Part shown: positions 56,234-59,163 of the stretch, in pieces | Position numbering within the stretch: the stretch's first letter is position 1 | How the letters are laid out: each line of letters opens with the position of its first letter | Assembly (NCBI GenBank): GCA_036517395.1 | Contig: DATDWN010000001.1 | Span: 1 to 59,163, forward strand | Origin: Minisyncoccota bacterium | GTDB lineage: Bacteria; Patescibacteriota; Minisyncoccia; Phycocordibacterales; DATDWN01 | Reading direction: 5' to 3' | Length of the DNA: 59,163 nt | Made by a program: the position numbers and the translations under genes | The notes under the pieces: generated by a model | Databases searched by the model: none | What the model was told of the DNA's origin: nothing | The model's input: the letters and a program-made list of their open reading frames with translations, nothing else

Positions 56234-59163
56234 ATGAATTCTGGTCTAGTTTTTGATAACAAGAAGTATATCTCGGCGAAGGAAGCAGCCTCTCTTACAG
56301 GCTATACTCAAGATTACATAGGACAACTGTCTCGTGGTGGTAAAGTTGACTGTAAAAGAATTGGTCGTGTTTGGTATGTTACGGAAGAATCGGTCTTGAG
56401 TCATAAAAATCTTTCTCTAATACCGGAAGATTCAAATCAGCAACAATATAAGAATCAGAGGGAGGTAGGAAGTTCTCTAGGGACAGAACAAGTAAAAACG
56501 CCAGTCATTCAAAAAAGATCCAAGTTGACATATGGTAAGGATCTTCTGAGATCATTCAGTTCTTCTGGGTCTGAACACATCTCATCTTCATTTCGAAAGG
56601 TTGAGCCCATCATAAAGTTTTTGGACAAAGTCATTTTCAGCTCGTGTTGGTCTTTCTCCAAAACACTATTACCACTTGCCTTAGGTTTAGCACTTACAGT
56701 CGGTGCCATTTCTCTAAAGGACATCAACCTATCACAAGTTTCAAGGACCATTTCTTCAGCACCAATGGATTTATACAATTCACTAGACACTGTAAGTGCT
56801 TTGTATAGCACACAACTAAAGGACGAATATAAAAATTTAGGGACAGCAGTTTTAAACAGTCGAACCTCTATTGTCCAAGAAGGAATTCTTCTTTCAAAAA
56901 ACCCAGCACTTTATATCGTAGACAACTTGAAGAGATTTTCAAAAATAGAAGTGAATCTAGTAGACAGTGGAGCTAGAGAAACAGTGATCGCAATTTCCAA
57001 CACTCATCAAAAAGTTTTTTCTTTTATTTCTGAATCGGTTGATGGTTTTTATCAAACTTCAGAAAGTATAGGAAATACTTTTGACAAAACAAAAACATTT
57101 ACCGCCCTTGCGATAAATACTGTTTCTGAAAGCGCTCTCAACCCTTTTGATAAAAGTAGTGTCGTTGTCTATGACACAGTTAACAGTTTCTTTTATCGTT
57201 TTGTTTTTTCTCCAACATCAAAACTCTTTAAATCTAATCCAACAATAGTTAACACTGTTTATGTAGTAAAAAATAACCCCCTTCCCAAGAGTACTGGTGG
57301 AACACAGACGGGTATAGCTGCTCCATCGCAAATCGTGCAGAGGGTAATAGAAAGGGTTGTAGTAGAGCCACAGGCAAATGCTGTTACGGCGGATTATTTA
57401 GAAAAGAGATTGCAGGAAACAAACAACAGCATAACGGCCAAGTTTTATGCTCTATCATCTGGATCTGGTGGTTCTGTCACAAACATATATCAACAAATAG
57501 CCCAAAGCCAGAGAATAGATAACCTCTACAACACATCTATTTCAAACCCGACTATCACAGGGGGTTCTATTTCTAACACATCTATCTCTGCAACGACATT
57601 TTCAGCAAATTCTATCTCTTCACCATCTATTACTCTTTCTGGCCTAGCAATCAATTCTCTTCTTGCCACTGATGCATCAGGAGTTGTCTCGGCAACATCA
57701 ACTCCAACATTTCTATCTTTCAACGCAACATCAACAACGGCTACTTCTACCATCGCCGGCAGTCTCTCCGTCACGGGCAATGTTGGTGTTGGCACAACGA
57801 CTCCATCGGCTCGACTTGCGGTTAATCCTGTCGCAGGAAACTCGGTTGGTTTCGTTGTTGGCTCATCAACCTCGACACAACTTTCGGTTTCATCCCTGGG
57901 TTTTGGAACAACCACACTTTCTGGATTAAATATTTCAGGCTCGGCCACATCCACATCAAACGTTGGTCTTAACATCACCACTGGGTGTTACTCAATCAGC
58001 GGAGTTTGCGTTGGAGGAGATTCTACAATCAATGCTTTCATCCACGGCTCATCAACAATAGCAAAAACATACACAGCCAATACTTTCACAAACACAAACA
58101 GTTTCTCCGGGGCTCTAACATACACAGCTACGGCACCAAACTCGATTCTCTCAACAAATTCTTCAGGAATTCTAACGGCAACATCAGCTCCGACATTTGG
58201 AAACTTCAACGCTACATCAACAAACGCAACCTCAACTATCTCTGGGGGATTTGCGATTAAGACATCTGGTTTTGTTTACGATTTCTCAACAAATAACATC
58301 GGCATTGGGACGACTAGTCCAACTACTAATCTGGAGATTTATCAAAACAGCAACTCGACCGTGCCTCAACTCAAGATTCAGCAAGATGGAACAGGAGACG
58401 CGGCACTCAGCTTTGATACTCAATTTGATGCTGGTGGGCGTATCTGGTCAATCGGTGGACAGCGATCATCCTTTGATTTCATAATTGCTCGCTCAGCAGC
58501 GCTCGAGACTACACCTTACTTTGTCATTGACGATAACAATGGCAACGTCGGCATTGGGACGACCACACCAACATCAAAATTTGAAGTCATGGGTAACGGT
58601 TACTTCTCCAGCTCTCTCTTCGTAGGTGGAGCAATCACTGGAACATCAACCCTTGCAATAAATGGCAACTCTACTTTTGGTGATGCCACAACGACCGACA
58701 TAATAAATATAAATTCAAGAATCAGCTCATCTCTCATTCCAACGACAGACAACCTTCTTGACTTTGGTGATCCAACAAACTGGTTACGATGGAGAACAGG
58801 TTACTTTGGAACAAGTATCGGTATTGGTGGAACAGCAACCTCAACAGGAACAGATTTTCTAACATCAGGTGCTTACACCTTTGATACCAAAGGTACACTC
58901 TCCATCAACACCACAAACAATCAAGCAATTAATTTTGGAACAGGTAAATTATCTTTCACATACGCCTCCACCACAGCTATCTCTTCTTCATATGCATCAT
59001 CGACCAATGCTTTCTTTGGAACACTAACTCTTGGTGCTCCACTTGCAGTAACTTCAGGTGGCACAGGAGCCACATCTCTAAACAACCTCATTACACTAGG
59101 TGATCACACAACAGGAAACTACCTAGCCACTCTAGCTAATGCAGTAAGTGGAGGATTAACGGT
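56234..59163 (+). CDS. Large surface/fibre-like protein, 3'-truncated by the window edge (absent from the ORF track)
   Basis: Reading frame 2 is open from ATG 56234 to the last base (976 codons by my manual translation). N-terminal excisionase-like HTH (ISAKEAASLTGYTQDYIGQLSRGGKVDCKRIGRVWYV), one TM helix (LLPLALGLALTVGAISL). Then a Ser/Thr/Gly/Asn-rich region with recurring N(V/I)GIGTT(S/T)P motifs. The listed ORFs here are shadow frames. Confidence 0.7.
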   Translation, partial: MNSGLVFDNKKYISAKEAASLTGYTQDYIGQLSRGGKVDCKRIGRVWYVTEESVLSHKNLSLIPEDSNQQQYKNQREVGSSLGTEQVKTPVIQKRSKLTYGKDLLRSFSSSGSEHISSSFRKVEPIIKFLDKVIFSSCWSFSKTLLPLALGLALTVGAISLKDINLSQVSRTISSAPMDLYNSLDTVSALYSTQLKDEYKNLGTAVLNSRTSIVQEGILLSKNPALYIVDNLKRFSKIEVNLVDSGARETVIAISNTHQKVFSFISESVDGFYQTSESIGNTFDKTKTFTALAINTVSESALNPFDKSSVVVYDTVNSFFYRFVFSPTSKLFKSNPTIVNTVYVVKNNPLPKSTGGTQTGIAAPSQIVQRVIERVVVEPQANAVTADYLEKRLQETNNSITAKFYALSSGSGGSVTNIYQQIAQSQRIDNLYNTSISNPTITGGSISNTSISATTFSANSISSPSITLSGLAINSLLATDASGVVSATSTPTFLSFNATSTTATSTIAGSLSVTGNVGVGTTTPSARLAVNPVAGNSVGFVVGSSTSTQLSVSSLGFGTTTLSGLNISGSATSTSNVGLNITTGCYSISGVCVGGDSTINAFIHGSSTIAKTYTANTFTNTNSFSGALTYTATAPNSILSTNSSGILTATSAPTFGNFNATSTNATSTISGGFAIKTSGFVYDFSTNNIGIGTTSPTTNLEIYQNSNSTVPQLKIQQDGTGDAALSFDTQFDAGGRIWSIGGQRSSFDFIIARSAALETTPYFVIDDNNGNVGIGTTTPTSKFEVMGNGYFSSSLFVGGAITGTSTLAINGNSTFGDATTTDIININSRISSSLIPTTDNLLDFGDPTNWLRWRTGYFGTSIGIGGTATSTGTDFLTSGAYTFDTKGTLSINTTNNQAINFGTGKLSFTYASTTAISSSYASSTNAFFGTLTLGAPLAVTSGGTGATSLNNLITLGDHTTGNYLATLANAVSGGLT

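Noticed and set aside
57526-57981. 151-aa minus-strand ORF and neighbouring short plus-strand ORFs at 57.6-58.5 kb
   Set aside because: All overlap the long uninterrupted frame-2 ORF (56234 to the window end), which has a coherent domain layout. They are shadow frames of repetitive Ser/Thr-rich coding sequence.
1-59163. Alternative genetic code (UGA reassignment as in some CPR lineages)
   Set aside because: Long housekeeping ORFs are intact under the standard code and several end in TGA (e.g. 34978..35616 and the lipoprotein gene). There is no sign of in-frame TGA read-through being required.

Overview
AT-rich, gene-dense bacterial chromosome segment. Its gene content looks like a Candidate Phyla Radiation / Patescibacteria (Parcubacteria-like) genome: TrmB-like regulators, ORF6N proteins, a four-helix-bundle 'IVS' protein, a Gram-positive-style T4SS-like cluster, many toxin-antitoxin pairs, and housekeeping genes carrying small insertions. 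All product calls come from motifs read by eye in the supplied translations; no searches were run.

Main content:
- Replication-origin neighbourhood: rpmH-rnpA-yidC lies divergent from dnaA-dnaN, with DnaA boxes.
- Housekeeping genes: cca, xth, rpsO, comM-like, pcrA/uvrD, rsmA, PBP1A, tyrS, obg, gatB.
- One tRNA-Arg(UCG).
- Three type II toxin-antitoxin pairs.
- A ~16 kb T4SS-like cluster (27.2-43.4 kb).
- A long ORF that is missing from the ORF track and runs off the right edge (56234-59163).

Most unusual signals:
1. Three hammerhead ribozyme motifs of one family sit inside visibly GC-rich, hairpin-dense, mostly noncoding islands. Two same-strand copies have predicted scissile bonds exactly 800 nt apart. 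Each island has its own sigma70-like promoter and terminator, carries a small membrane or lipoprotein ORF just downstream of a hammerhead, and lies next to a TrmB-like regulator plus a TA pair.
2. A RAYT-like HUH transposase gene is flanked by a 17-bp palindrome, and that palindrome also occurs in frame inside protein-coding genes.
3. Several further palindromic repeat families bracket genes, sit immediately upstream of start codons, or enclose a four-helix-bundle gene inserted in the T4SS operon.
4. Several promoter-plus-terminator-delimited GC-rich RNAs could not be assigned to a class.
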